From Lama guanicoe (taxonomy: Eukaryota), in assembly GCA_013239625.1 (NCBI GenBank), contig MU053758.1, positions 1,922,001 to 1,986,000 on the forward strand: a stretch of DNA of 64,000 bases, in the 5' to 3' direction. Below the pieces are notes generated by a model. It ran no database searches. It saw only the letters and a program-made list of their open reading frames with translations, and was not told where the DNA came from. The stretch's first letter is position 1; each line of letters begins with the position of its first letter. A program made the translations under genes and the position numbers. Shown here in pieces: positions 63,001 through 64,000 of this stretch.

Positions 63001-64000
63001 TCACCAGTTTTTTGCTAAATAAATGGATTAAGCTTTCCAAAGCATGTATGTGAAAAAGAGTGCAAGAAGGAAAAGAAAAAGCTAATTAAAGTGTAACTTT
63101 GTACTCTGATATCTGACAACTTTTAATCTTTATAAGTTAGTTATGGGTGAATTCTTAAATTGAAAGGAAGAAAATGAATCCAGGATACAAGCAAGAACTT
63201 TGTGCATAAATATGCAAATACTAAACTCTGGAGAAAAAAAGTCCCACTACTGATGAAATTACATTTGGACAGTCCATTAAAGGCATTTAATTTCTGACCC
63301 TCCAAAAATGAGGGTAAGTCTTTTTGCTAGTAAAATGTAATAAAACCTTCTTATCACGATTTATATTTTCTCCACAGTTTTCACTCTTTCTCAGTCCTAT
63401 TACATCTCTTACTCTTGCCAGACTTGAGAATTTCCCACAATTTACACCCTACTTCTGCAGGTAATTTCCATATCTTCTAGTGTTCCTTTCCTCCATCAGC
63501 TCCAGAGGCGAGTTAAGTCAAGGGCTTAGGAAAAGAAAGTCAGCCTCTGAGAAGTCCAGTGGGAAGGGAGAAATGATCAAACTCAAGGAGAAGAAAATGG
63601 ATCCAGGAGGGCTCCAGGATTATTTCAGCTCATTAGGTACTATCATTTTCTATTTTAATAGTAAGAGTGGTGGTGGCAGATGCTAGTCAAACTGAAATAG
63701 TCCTGGAGCGTCTTGGAATCGATTTACCTGAGTGAAGATAAACCCCACTCTCTTACGGGCTGCTTGAACTATCCTTGCTTCCAGTTTCCTTCAAGTCCCA
63801 CTCTTTAAGACGGGGGAAAAAGCTTTAGGGGGAAGTACAAATTATTTGTGTGTTCTGGCAGCAGAATAGCTACTTTCCTTCATTTTATATTTTCCCTTAC
63901 TTGCAACATTTCACTCCAATCCCTGGGAAAGAATAAAAGATGATTTGATTGTATTAAGACAATATATACCTTCCTTTATTTATAGACTTTTCATATTATT

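Noticed and set aside
60000..64000. Expected terminal exons of FBXO47, the next gene by human synteny
   Set aside because: I found no FBXO47-like coding sequence on the minus strand; it probably lies beyond the window.

Overview
Mammalian genomic DNA syntenic with the human 17q12 RPL23-LASP1 locus. The species is probably a camelid, inferred from several tRNA-Ala(AGC)-derived Vic-1-type SINEs and no Alu, B1 or Bov-tA elements seen. In order along the window: (1) the 5' part of RPL23 on the minus strand (coding exons 1-3, TOP/TCT promoter), hosting the H/ACA snoRNA SNORA21 in intron 2 and a diverged SNORA21B-like paralogue in intron 3 that is cut by the window start; (2) a repeat-rich spacer with three intact, sequence-distinct tRNA-Cys(GCA) genes; (3) the complete 7-exon LASP1 gene on the plus strand (783-nt CDS, 260 aa, ~2.9 kb 3'UTR); (4) a 25-codon hydrophobic microprotein ORF (LASP1NB/LINC00672 orthologue) that is too short for the ORF track, followed by a long AT-rich, repeat-poor stretch. 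The most notable points are the intact transmembrane microprotein, the loss of both known PKA/PKG phosphoacceptor positions in the LASP1 linker (Pro146, Gln155), and the snoRNA paralogue with an altered guide pocket. I found no wholly new system. Almost all entries in the ORF track are spurious. Repeat family names and orthologue comparisons are from memory and were not searched.
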